Part shown: positions 54,301 through 63,269 of the stretch, piece after piece | Numbering within the stretch: position 1 is the stretch's first letter | Layout: every line of letters begins with the position of its first letter | Source: Lingula anatina | Lineage: Eukaryota; Animalia; Brachiopoda | DNA: 64,000 nucleotides | Assembly: GCA_051362555.1 (NCBI GenBank) | Contig: CM120641.1 | Span: 40,120,401 to 40,184,400 of the forward strand | Reading direction: 5' to 3' | Program-made: the position numbers and the translations under genes | Notes under the pieces: model-generated | What the model saw: the letters and a program-made list of their open reading frames with translations, nothing else | Databases searched by the model: none | What the model was told of the DNA's origin: nothing

Positions 54301-54696
54301 CTGTGGCCATGATCAGATGTGGGTGTAAACCTCTAAATGTGAAATAAATAAAATTGAAACTGATCATGTAGTGATTTCTTTAACCCAAACAAAACTTATT
54401 AATGCTACACACCCCTAAAAGTTCTAAAACTCATTATTAATCCTTAACAACTTGAATAAGATTACAAATGGAATCAAGAAATTAGCATCTCTGATTTGGC
54501 TTCATCATATGCTATTCACATGTGGAAATTGTGCCAGTAAATAATCATATTGGAGTACTGTACATACCACATTCAATCCTACACTGCTCCCCTGCAGAAT
54601 GCCTTACCTAGAAAGATGTGGTGAATATTTTCTCCTTGGATAGGTACACAGTCTACCTACAGACCATATCCTAATGGCTGTACGGCAATTGTACAT
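19727..54696 (-). CDS. SPATA20: SPATA20 spliced gene model, 15 coding exons, 780 aa (thioredoxin-like CHWC domain plus six-hairpin glycosidase-like fold)
   Basis: The exons listed below join in frame through GT-AG introns (2343 nt including stop). Motifs [81 protein letters not shown]. Confidence 0.95.
21575..21960 (+). repeat. Diverged tandem duplication, unit about 210 bp, each starting with a poly-A tract
   Basis: taagaattcctggattca...cagaatgt occurs at about 21651 and 21865, each downstream of acaac(A)n ca.taacta.cat. Confidence 0.65.
21986..22099. repeat. Imperfect ~48-bp-arm hairpin with a GCCGCAGGC centre (Crypton-like palindromic element)
   Basis: agatacaa...gccgag.tgtac...gtgtattg pairs with caatacac...gtacaactcggc...ttgtatct. 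Confidence 0.6.
22381..22670. mobile_element. GC-rich hAT-like MITE remnant
   Basis: Begins cagtggtggattt and ends cctggatccg; G/C homopolymer tracts. TSD not resolved. Confidence 0.45.
23956..24435. mobile_element. Helentron/HINE-type non-autonomous element (family 2)
   Basis: aactagaaaagcactcagag..aaacctccgcc at one end; (acaa)n microsatellite and aacctcc atagc agaggtt hairpin at the other. Confidence 0.6.
25551..25770 (+). mobile_element. Helentron/HINE family 1, 5' fragment
   Basis: atgtacagacacagatgtgtctgtacatattg head plus a partial core unit. Confidence 0.7.
27513..27592. repeat. (CT)n and (CA)n microsatellites
   Basis: Read directly. Confidence 0.85.
31939..32138 (-). CDS. SPATA20: SPATA20 exon 14
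   Basis: [20 protein letters not shown]...[13 protein letters not shown]...PVKQ; AG/GT boundaries, phase consistent. Confidence 0.94.
32265..32490 (-). mobile_element. Harbinger/PIF-like MITE family A, copy 5
   Basis: Near-identical reverse complement of 9367-9591; TTA TSD. Confidence 0.85.
33788..34339. mobile_element. Long-TIR MITE family B (5-bp TSD, hAT5-like), copy 2
   Basis: About 110-bp near-perfect TIRs beginning CAGGCCTAACCAACTACCAG; TSD TACTA at 33783-33787 and 34340-34344. Confidence 0.85.
37736..39035 (-). mobile_element. Helentron/HINE family 1, diverged copy interrupted by a Kolobok-like MITE
   Basis: Head palindrome at 39010-39035; tail aaacaaggcagcaaagctgccaaatgtacagaca at 37736-37769. 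Confidence 0.75.
38341..38970. mobile_element. Kolobok-like MITE (TTAA TSD)
   Basis: TIRs AGTCATAATAACTCTTC / GAAGAGTTATTATTGCT; TTAA at 38337-38340 and 38971-38974; the host HINE sequence resumes across the site. Confidence 0.8.
45039..45247 (-). CDS. SPATA20: SPATA20 exon 13
   Basis: [24 protein letters not shown]...[14 protein letters not shown]...VRIKE; read by hand, absent from the ORF track. Confidence 0.94.
45524..45692 (-). CDS. SPATA20: SPATA20 exon 12
   Basis: [35 protein letters not shown]...LLRTSY; cAG acceptor, GTAAG donor. Confidence 0.94.
45987..48287 (-). mobile_element. Helentron/HINE family 1 composite (2.3 kb) in SPATA20 intron 11
   Basis: Head palindrome, (GCCGAT)n microsatellite, ~159-bp core repeats, internal second head near 46837, 3' subTIR TGTCTGTACA plus stem-loop, T-rich target. 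Confidence 0.85.
48456..48648 (-). CDS. SPATA20: SPATA20 exon 11
   Basis: [12 protein letters not shown]...[18 protein letters not shown]. Confidence 0.94.
49005..49214 (-). CDS. SPATA20: SPATA20 exon 10
   Basis: [14 protein letters not shown]...[10 protein letters not shown]...GNVDPYK. Confidence 0.94.
49459..49533 (-). CDS. SPATA20: SPATA20 exon 9
   Basis: [25 protein letters not shown]; aAG acceptor, GTGAG donor. Confidence 0.9.
49788..49892 (-). CDS. SPATA20: SPATA20 exon 8
   Basis: [35 protein letters not shown]. Confidence 0.94.
50126..50256 (-). CDS. SPATA20: SPATA20 exon 7
   Basis: VNFNFLFR...[20 protein letters not shown]; GTAAGT donor. Confidence 0.93.
50568..50772 (-). CDS. SPATA20: SPATA20 exon 6
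   Basis: WQMNRDKI...[17 protein letters not shown]; GTGAGT donor. Confidence 0.93.
51379..51525 (-). CDS. SPATA20: SPATA20 exon 5
   Basis: [43 protein letters not shown]. Confidence 0.95.
51954..52108 (-). CDS. SPATA20: SPATA20 exon 4
   Basis: [23 protein letters not shown]...[20 protein letters not shown] (thioredoxin-like CxxC). Confidence 0.96.
52294..52358 (-). CDS. SPATA20: SPATA20 exon 3
   Basis: [21 protein letters not shown]. Confidence 0.93.
53440..53745 (+). pseudogene. Decayed hAT-type transposase N-terminus (ZNF862/C17orf113-like zinc finger)
   Basis: [56 protein letters not shown], then a frameshift into AMNVVYWMA; truncated. Antisense within SPATA20 intron 2. Confidence 0.7.
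53948..54160. mobile_element. MULE/Foldback-like MITE with subterminal tandem repeats
   Basis: Imperfect TIRs ggggtcatgtcgatac / gtatcgatatgtaacc; repeated tactcccccgcacc; 8-bp TSD TAAAAATT at 53940-53947 and 54161-54168. Confidence 0.7.
54201..54332 (-). CDS. SPATA20: SPATA20 exon 2 (contains a second in-frame ATG at 54310)
   Basis: [44 protein letters not shown]; GTGAGT donor at 54200. Confidence 0.92.
54608..54696 (-). CDS. SPATA20: SPATA20 exon 1 coding part (N-terminal extension)
   Basis: [29 protein letters not shown], then AG|GTAAGG donor; phase 2 joins exon 2 in frame. It could instead be 5' UTR if only the second ATG is used. Confidence 0.65.
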
Positions 54697-54826
54697 AACA
54701 AACAGTGAGACCCATACACAAATTCCAGTGCAGAGGAGCAACGCCGTTCCAGTAGAGGCTTCTTTTCGACCTTGTTTACCTCTAAACGTCACCACTTTCA
54801 GTGTTGTTCATCCGGGGAGTTTCAAC
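54697..54826. promoter_or_regulatory. Compact bidirectional promoter region between SPATA20 and C1D
   Basis: 130 bp separate the divergent ATGs; locally CpG-rich; YY1-like CAACATGGCAGC overlaps the C1D start. Confidence 0.7.
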
Positions 54827-54970
54827 ATGGCAGCCGCCATGGCTGGCACGAGTGAAGATTTTCCCAGTGAAATACAAGACCAGTTAAGCAGTTTTGATGA
54901 TTCTTTAACAAAGGTTGAAGACACTTTAAAACCATTATTAATGACTCCTTTGAATGAGGTACACGAAAAG
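54827..54970 (+). CDS. C1D: C1D nuclear nucleic-acid-binding protein (Rrp47/Lrp1 exosome cofactor), exon 1
   Basis: MAAAMAGTSEDFPSEIQDQLSSFDDSLTKVEDTLKPLLMTPLNEVHEK resembles the human C1D N-terminus MAGEEINEDYPVEIHEYLSAFENSIGAVDEMLK as I recall it; AAG|GTAAAC donor. Exon 2 not found before 64000. Confidence 0.85.
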
Positions 54971-55287
54971 GTAAACGGTACATATTATTTATAGAAACAA
55001 GTTATAGTAATTATCCAGCATAATCGCTCTGGTTCCGACTCCACGATTCTTGTCGTGCGCCGCTTTTAACAGTTCGATCCACATCTATCAACAACTGTTT
55101 TTGTGGTAAACGTTAGTGTCTGTTTTTTATCTTCAGTTATGAATTAAGCCACCAATGACAGTCAATTGAATCTGAAATATTGCATGTCACTTCATTTAAT
55201 ATTGTTTACATTTTCATTTTTATTACTCTAAAAAGTCTTTAAAAATTTACAATGTTTGGGATAGTTGTTCAGCACCGGTCCTTTAAA

Positions 55288-55352
55288 ACATAGAAATGGA
55301 TAGAAATGGATAGAAATGGACTGAAATGGGCCGAAATGGACCGAAATGGACG
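55288..55352 (+). repeat. Decamer tandem repeat (GAAATGGAYN)n
   Basis: About six units: atagaaatgg atagaaatgg atagaaatgg actgaaatgg gccgaaatgg accgaaatgg. Confidence 0.8.
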
Positions 55353-56329
55353 CATGGCAAACCTCTATGAGATCGCACTTGGGTTTTACATAGTAAAAAT
55401 AAACTTACCTTTATACCAGAAAGAAGTTTTATTGAATTTTCTGGTGGTACACCCTTCGAGGTAGTAATCGGGTCAAGGTCGCCATTTTCAAGGTGGATTC
55501 CGCAACGAGGCTGTGGCGGTGATTCCACAACGAGGCTGTGGCAGTGTACCTAAACACCGTCCTCAACCTAGCACAACCGACCACAACAGTCCTCCCATAT
55601 AAAATAGTAAAATACGGTAATAGTTGGAAATTCCACATAAGATGGTGCTTTACTGATATAGAATATAGGGGAGACCTGAGCTAGTCAATTTATGAAAAAG
55701 TAACTTAATATTTGAAAGTTTGATGGTTGAATATTAGGTGAGAAAAAATTAAAAAAAAAAACATGAAAATTAAGAAAATCTAAAATGTGCATTTTACCAC
55801 CCATTGTCTCAATGTATCAAATATCAATACCCTGAGTGTCAGAGAAACGTAAAAGCTAGCTTGCTAAATATACCTCGTGGTGGAGTCGCTGTTGTTGATA
55901 TGGGTTATATATGAAATCAAGATCGAGCTGACAATACCGGAATCTAGAACCTAGGGTAAATATCAATAGCTTTTTCATAGAATACTAATCTTTCATTTTC
56001 TTATTCTTATCCAATATATTCTTCCTAAAGTACCCTAAAAGAAAATATGTTGAAAAATGTCAAATAAATACTTTTTCATAGGGGGAGTCCTTGTGTGGTA
56101 AAATACAAATCTTTAATTTTTTTATATTTTTCATGAAAATTAAAACAAAAATTTAAGTGCCAATGTGTCCTCCATTATGCATACTACACGATCATAGTCA
56201 TTTACTCAAATAAAATAAATTTATGAATGTTTTGTGTGTGTGTGTGTGTGTGGGGGGGGGGGGGAGTCAAAATTTCCCAGGGGGAGACAAATTTTCACTA
56301 TTGGACTGGGGAGTTACATTTCCATTAAT

Positions 56330-56432
56330 CATGAAATTCTGACTTCCCTAAAATGTGACTCCCCAGTCAGATTTCCATAATTTATGGAAATCTGACTGGG
56401 GTGTCACATTTTAGGGGAGTCAGAATTTCATG
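56330..56432. repeat. Near-perfect ~50-bp-arm palindrome (foldback-type MITE end)
   Basis: catgaaattctgacttccctaaaatgtgactccccagtcagatttccata / tatggaaatctgactggggtgtcacattttaggggagtcagaatttcatg. Confidence 0.75.
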
Positions 56433-57363
56433 GTACACCAGTCATAAATTTTTTTTTTTAACCGGATAGTGAAATGAAAGATGTCGGCATTTTAAAAAAA
56501 ATTTGTTAGAGGATTAAAAATCTACTTTCATAGGCTTGTGATCGAATATAGTATATGTATAACCTGTATAGGGTATCAAAGTAAAGCTAGTTGCTTCAAG
56601 TTTCACAGAAATGTAGGCCTATCAGCGTTGTTCATTAGCACAAAAAGTCAATGGTTTTCTAAAATAATACTGGTTCAAAATTGAAATCATTTGTTTTCTT
56701 TTCATTTTATTATCATTAGTTTATTCCTAAATTAAAAAAGAAATAAGTTCGCTTAATAGATATTAAGATTCTTTCAACACATACCATGCAACGTAAAGAA
56801 ACCTCAATATATATCTGCCGCATTTGAACTGCTAATTCATCAAAGACCAAAAGAATCAATTTAATGAGTAAAAATCTATTTCATGGCGTTTACATGGAAT
56901 TATAACTGCATTTGAGTGCAAGGCCCAGAAACATGCCCTACCTCATTTGGCGGCACATTCGTCCACTCACGCTGTTCTACCTCTTACAGGTAAATATTGG
57001 CTTGATTGGTTTGCTTTTTTATTTAAGAGTTTCATGTTGTCTTATTTTGTTATACAGATAATTATTTTTAGTTTAGTTCATTTAAAATACTATTCATTTA
57101 TTTTTTAGTTTTAGTTCACGTAAATTGTTCTGTTCGTTTCATCACATTATTCAGACATTTGTCCACTCATGCTGTTCTACCTCTCATAGGTATCGCAATA
57201 AACAACATGTTTATAAAAAAATACCACTTCAAGTCTCTACCAGATCAGTCTGAGTCGTTTTTAAATAACAGTCCTGTTACAGTTTCATCAAGCAGTCATG
57301 CTAGGTATTCCTGTATTATAAAGGGTATATAGGTTTAGGTAGTTAAATGGAACATATTGGAAG

Positions 57364-57404
57364 CCTTTCCTGAGAAAAGTGGGTGGTCCTGAAAAGGACC
57401 GTTT
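57364..57404 (-). terminator. Histone-type 3' end processing signal (stem-loop, ACCCA, HDE) without a histone CDS
   Basis: Minus strand reads AAAC GGTCCT TTTC AGGACC ACCCA cttttct CAGGAAAGG. Confidence 0.75.
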
Positions 57405-58525
57405 ATAGGTAGGAAATGAGATTTCCTCAGTTTCCTTCGTTCAGCAACTTTTGGAGGTGCCCGGGTACCATTGCCAGAGCTTTCTTAACTTTGATGCTGT
57501 TGATCTGCTTTCAGTTTGGGCAGTGCGATGTAGATGCCAGGTCGTAGTGCCACCCTGAGCCGCATTTCCATGGTCGTAGTTCCGCAGACCATTCACATGG
57601 GCTGTATCACAGATCTGATGCCCCAACTCCTAAACGCAGGCAACATAATTATGGAACTGCTGAAAGATATCCCCTTCACCTGTTAGTATTATAAAAAACG
57701 GATATTAATAATAAAGTACCAATCACTATACTCTGGGCTGTCCTCCAGGGGCGTAGTGTCGCAGACCTTTCAAGTGAGCTGTATCACAGTTTGATGCCCT
57801 AACTCCTAAACGCAGGCAACATGAGATTTTTCAGCAAATGTCTAAATTTTATGCAATCCTACATTACAATTATATCAAAATCATTAAAATAGTGTGCTAT
57901 TAAATAAAAAGACAGCAATAATTAGATTATGGAAGATCTTAAAATTCCAACTTGAAGTAATCTGAAAGAAAGGGCCAGGACTTCATTGTTCACCCATCTG
58001 CCTGGTATTCACCCAAAATATGTGAGGTGTCCGTCCATGACACTTAATGTCCTTCCATAACAGTTTTAATAACTTTGATTTATTAATCCACTGTAATCTT
58101 ATATGTCAATTTTTTTTTCAAAGGTTGTTGACCCATACCATGTTTGAGGAGAATATGAAGTAAAAAGTTTTTAGCTTTTGTAATGACTGAGAAAACTTAA
58201 AAAATAGGTACCTAAATTGTCGTGGAAGAACATTTTGATATTAATTAATCCATTCTTTTCTATTCAGAAAAATTTCAATGTAATGCACTTGGTTATATGT
58301 AAAAAATAACTTATATTTAATGTCTGTAGCCTTTATTATTAAAAATAATCAATATTTTGTAAACTACATCAAAAATAAAAATGTCCTTCCATAACACTAT
58401 TTTATAAATTTTCCAGATAAAAGTTTCAATAAAATAATAATCATCAAAACCTTTTTTTGGGGGATTCTGGTGTCTAGTGGTGTCTGGTTTCAGAAATTAT
58501 AAGTTTTGTAAGTAGGAGTCTTTTT

Positions 58526-61500
58526 ATGTACAGACACAGATGTGTCTGTACATATTGCCATCACCTGCGTCTGTCGTCGCCGTCGTCGCCGATGCCGATG
58601 GCGTCGCCGATGCCGTCGCCGATGCCGGCGCCGTGCACTTTCCTTGTTAACACGATAAGTGGAGGGCAGTTTTACTTTTTGGCTTTATATTTACAGAGCT
58701 GATGAATATTCATAAAACACAGGTCAAGTTCGAAAATCAGCATGATCGGGCCATTATTGTAGAAGTTATGCTGTTTTTTCACTTTTCAGCATATATGCAA
58801 CCCTGTTAACACATTTTAAGGAAAACCGATAGGCCTGTTGTCATGAAACTCACAGGAGTAATCAATCTTACTAAAACGCAGGTCAAGTTCGAAAATCGGC
58901 ATGATCGGGCCACTATTTTAGTAGTTATGCTGTTTTTTCACTTTTTAGCATATATGCAACATTGTTAACACATTTCAAGGAAAACCCATAGGCCTGTTGT
59001 CATGAAACTCACATTAGTAATCAATCTTACTAAAACGCAGGTCAAGTTCGAAAATCAGCATAATGGGGCCATTATTTTATAAGTTATGCTGTTTTTTCAC
59101 ATTTCCTCAGATTCAATTCTTAGGCATGTTAACAGTCTCATTATTTAACTAATAAGATATGTAAATGTGTTTGTTTGACATTTCCTGCAACTTTAAAACA
59201 TTGTTAGTTGATTATGTAAAAATGATGGTAAACTTGTTATCATGTATTGTATAATAGAGTTTCAAAAATGGAAAAAAACTCATATCATTGCAGTTTGTCA
59301 GATTAATTCATTCACTATGTTCAGAAACTCGGAATGGAGGAAATTGGACATTAAACACTGTTCTATTGATATTTTTCCCATGTCATCAATTTTCTTAGTT
59401 GATCATATAAAAATGGCAGTAAACTGTTAATTTTGTCATATGTTAAACAATTGTTAAAAATGGAAAAAAACACATTTCAGGACAGTGCTGTCTTGTTTAC
59501 ATTTTGGCATTTTCAAGGTGTGACTTTGAAGTTCCATGGGCCTGAAGACCTTTGCTTGTCACATTTTCTCAATATCCATGATACTAATATTTTATTATTA
59601 AAAATTGATGGTTATTATCCTGTTAAACATTATGTAATATTGCATCAAAATTTGAAGAAACCCCTATTTTGGACACTGCTCCCATGATGACCATTTAAGG
59701 AAAACCATGTCACTTACTGTTCTCAAACTTACAGGAAAGAAACATGGGACTAAGATACAGTTTAATTAGGCAATGCAGTCTGTTTGGTAATTCTTTCTGG
59801 CAGTTAAACAGTTTTTTGTGAAAATTAAATTTGTCACATATTGGCATTTTCAAGGTGTGACTTTGAAGTTCCATGGTCCTGAAGACCTTTTCTAGTCACA
59901 TTTTCTGAATATCCATGATACTAATATTTTATTATTATGTACAGACACAGATGTGTCTGTACATATTGCCATCACCTGCGTCTGTCGTCGCCGTCGTTGC
60001 CGTCGCCGGCGCCGTGCACTTTCCTTGTAAACATGATAAGTGGAAGGCAGTTTAAATTTTTGGCTTTATATTTACAGAGCTGATGAATATTCATAAAACG
60101 CAGGTCAAGTTCGAAAATCAGCATGATCGGGCCATTATTGTAGAAATTATGCTGTTTTTTTCACTTTTCAGCATATATGCAACACTGTAAACACATTTCA
60201 AGGAAAACCGATTGGCCTGTTGTCATGAAACTCACAGGAGTAATCGATCTTACTAAAACGCAGGTCAAGTTCGAAAACCGTCATCATCAGGCCACTATTT
60301 AAGTAGTTATGCTTTTTTTCACTTTTCAGCATATATGCAACATTGTAAACACAATATAAGAAAGACAGACAGGCCAATTGTCATTAAACTCACAGGAGTG
60401 GTCAATCCTGCTAAAACACAGGTTGAGTTAAAAAAAATCAGCATAATCGGGCCATTATTTTAGAAGTTATGCTGTTTTTTCACATTTCCTCAGATTCAAT
60501 TCTTAGACATGTTAACAGTTTCATTATTTAATTAATAAGATACGTAAAAGTGTTTGTTTGACATTTCCTGCATCTTTACAACATTGTTAGTTGATTTTGT
60601 AAAAATGATGGTAAACTTGTTATCATGTATTGTGTAATAAAGTTTCAAAAATGGAAATAAACTCATATCATTGCAGTTTGTCAGGTTCAATCATTCACTA
60701 TGTTCAGAATCTCAGAATGGAAGAAATTGGACATTTAACACTGCTCTATTGATATTTTTCCCATCTCATCAATTTTCTTAGTTGATCGTATAAAAATGGC
60801 AGTAAACTGTTAATTTTGTTTTATGTTAAAAATTGTTAAAAATGGAATAAAACATTTCAGAACAGTGCTGTCTTGTTTACATTTTGGCATTTTCAAGTTG
60901 TGACTTTGAAGTTCCATGGGCCTGAAGACCTTTGCTAGTCACAGTTTCTGAATATCCATGATACTAATATTTTATTATTAAAAATTGATGGTCATTATGC
61001 TGTTAAACATTATGTAATATTGCATCAAAATTTGAAAAAAACCTATTTTGGGCACTGCTCCCATGATGACCATTTAAGAAAAACCATGTCACTTACTGTT
61101 CTCAAACAGTACAGTAAATATGTACAGATGTGTCTGTACATATTGCCATCACCTACGCCTGTCGTCGCTGTCGCTGTCGCACTTTCATTATAAACACGAT
61201 AAGTGGAAGGCAGTTTTACTTTTTGGCTGCTTGGTAATTCTTACTGCCAGTTAAACAGTTTTTTTGTGAAAATTTAATTTTTCACATATTGGCATTTTCA
61301 AGGTGTGAGTTTGAAGTTCCACAGGCTTGAAGACCCATGCTAGTCACATTTTCTGAAAATCCATGATACGTATATTTTATTATTAAAAATTGACGGTCAT
61401 TAGGCTGTTAACCATTATGTAATATTGCATCAGAATAGAAGAAAACACAATTTTGGGTGCTGCTGCCATGATGACCATTATGGGAAAACCATGTTACTTA

Positions 61501-61812
61501 TAATTGCCAAACTTTCAAAAAAGAAATACAGGACTAAAATGCAGCCTGAGTTGGAAAAGTAGTCTAATTGGCTTCTTTTTCTGGAAGTTATACATTTTCA
61601 AAGTGTGAACTTGAACTCCCATGGGCCTGAAGCCTTATGCTTGTTACACATTTTACTTACATTGGTATTACCTGTTGAGCATAATTAAAATTTGATGTTG
61701 AATTTGCAGTTTAACATAATGTACTTTTGCATCAGAATTGACAGTAGCCTATTTTGTGCATAGTTATTTCCTGTTTTTTGTCTGTACATTTGACAGCTTT
61801 GCTGCCTTGTTT
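58526..61812 (+). mobile_element. Helentron/HINE family 1 composite (3.3 kb) in C1D intron 1
   Basis: Heads at 58526, about 59937 and about 61120; core period about 159 bp (58721/58880/59039); tail tgtctgtacatttgacagctttgctgccttgttt. Confidence 0.85.
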
Positions 61813-63144
61813 GAAATTTAAAGGTCTCTGGACCAAATACCACGGAATGGCCCTTATACTGAAAAATGATGTTGGAAATTCCCTTTCTATCAAGGAATTC
61901 AACCTTAATGTTAACTTTGTTCTAGACTAATTCAGTATCCAAAAGAATGATCTGAATGGCTTATTCTTCCAATGGAAAGTAATTACACATACATGTAGCA
62001 TGTTATGAAATAATTGACTAGATTAAACAAAATCATCCAAATCATCAAAAATCCTCAAGGTCATATTATATAACCAGATAAAAGAGTAGTTAAATGGCAT
62101 GCAAATATTTAAAAAAAAAACCTTAAGTACTAGTAATAATAATTGGCAACTGACATTTAAGACACGATATGAAAGGCCCCAATTCAGAACAAACCATAGA
62201 ATATGATTAAAATATGGAACCGCATTGACTCTTGGATACTTTAAAAAAATCCAAAGTAAAGTTTCATATAATGAAATGTTATGTAAAGTTATGTGGGTTT
62301 TAGATTTTTTACTAAAATATTGCCTTTTTTGCTTTATTCTCATACCTATTATTACTTTTATTTGATTCAATTTTACGTCTTTATTGTCATAATTTCACTG
62401 ATAAATTTATTCCTCTTTTTTTCATTAACACAATATTTTATTCTAACCCCTCAGAGAGGTATGTGAAAGAAGTGTATACACTATCCTCTTTAAAGTTAAT
62501 ATTATTTACTATATAAGACAAGGTGTCTCCTAGTGAGAAGAAATGGACAATTAATTTCCAGACACAAACAGCAACTAAGTTATAACTACATGTAGATGGA
62601 AAAGATGTGCCTTTAATAATCGAAGTAAATCTAATCGACAGTTCAATTTGACAAGGTAAAATATATAGTAAAATGAGATGAGTTATAGGGTGATGTCAAA
62701 TAGCTATGACACAGGTAGGGACAGTGATCGATATATATGAGTCGGTTGGTATACCAAAACACCAGCTACAACAAATAATAATGAAATCCCCTACATGTAG
62801 CACATCACTTCATACCAATAACAAATCAAAAGCAGTCCAATGTGAAAAATTTTTTTAAAAATTATTCTGTGATCTGAGACAGCATTAAAACCTAATCCAT
62901 TCTAAGCTAGTTAATCCAATTTACCTATTCAGGGATGAGACTACCATTTTGTAATAAAAAAAGTATAAGATTAAAGTTTTTATTGCAGATCTGCATCAGC
63001 TGCAAAAGTAATATTTTTGGTTCCCAAATATTCCAAAAGCTACCTGATTATGATCGTAACAATTATAACAAGCAAATAAGTAGACAAATTTTGTCTTCCA
63101 ACCCTGTAAGTATGTTTTCTTACTATCTTATCAATTCAGCTTAC

Positions 63145-63269
63145 CTGTGAGTCCATTGATTGCAAGAGGAACACTCAATAACATCGTATGTGCAAGCAGT
63201 TGAGCAGACACTGCATGGGTATCGAGGCTTCTTAGACTTCATATTAATACTTGGTTGTATCTTAGAACT
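63145..63269 (-). other. Orphan PHD-finger-like exon (possibly transposon-derived)
   Basis: SSKIQPSINMKSKKPRYPCSVCSTACTYDVIECSSCNQWTH(R): C-x2-C...IEC-x2-C-x2-W-x-H, ending at CAG|GTAAGC. Candidate acceptor tatAG at 63271-63270. Confidence 0.55.

Noticed and set aside
55268-55285. TTCAGCACC as a REST/NRSE element
   Set aside because: Only the left half-site matches, it is far from Cav3, and it borders a repeat.
57405-57450. Hammerhead ribozyme of a Penelope-like element (minus strand CTGAACGA / CTGAGGA ... GAAA)
   Set aside because: I could not assemble the CUGANGA, stem II, GAAA and NUH core with correct spacing. A covariance-model search would settle it.
57441-57626. ORF upstream of the histone stem-loop as a histone gene
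   Set aside because: No H1, H2A, H2B, H3 or H4 motifs in any frame.
58526-61812. Regularly spaced repeats as a CRISPR-like array
   Set aside because: Eukaryotic context; the ~159-bp units are homologous along their whole length with no unique spacers.
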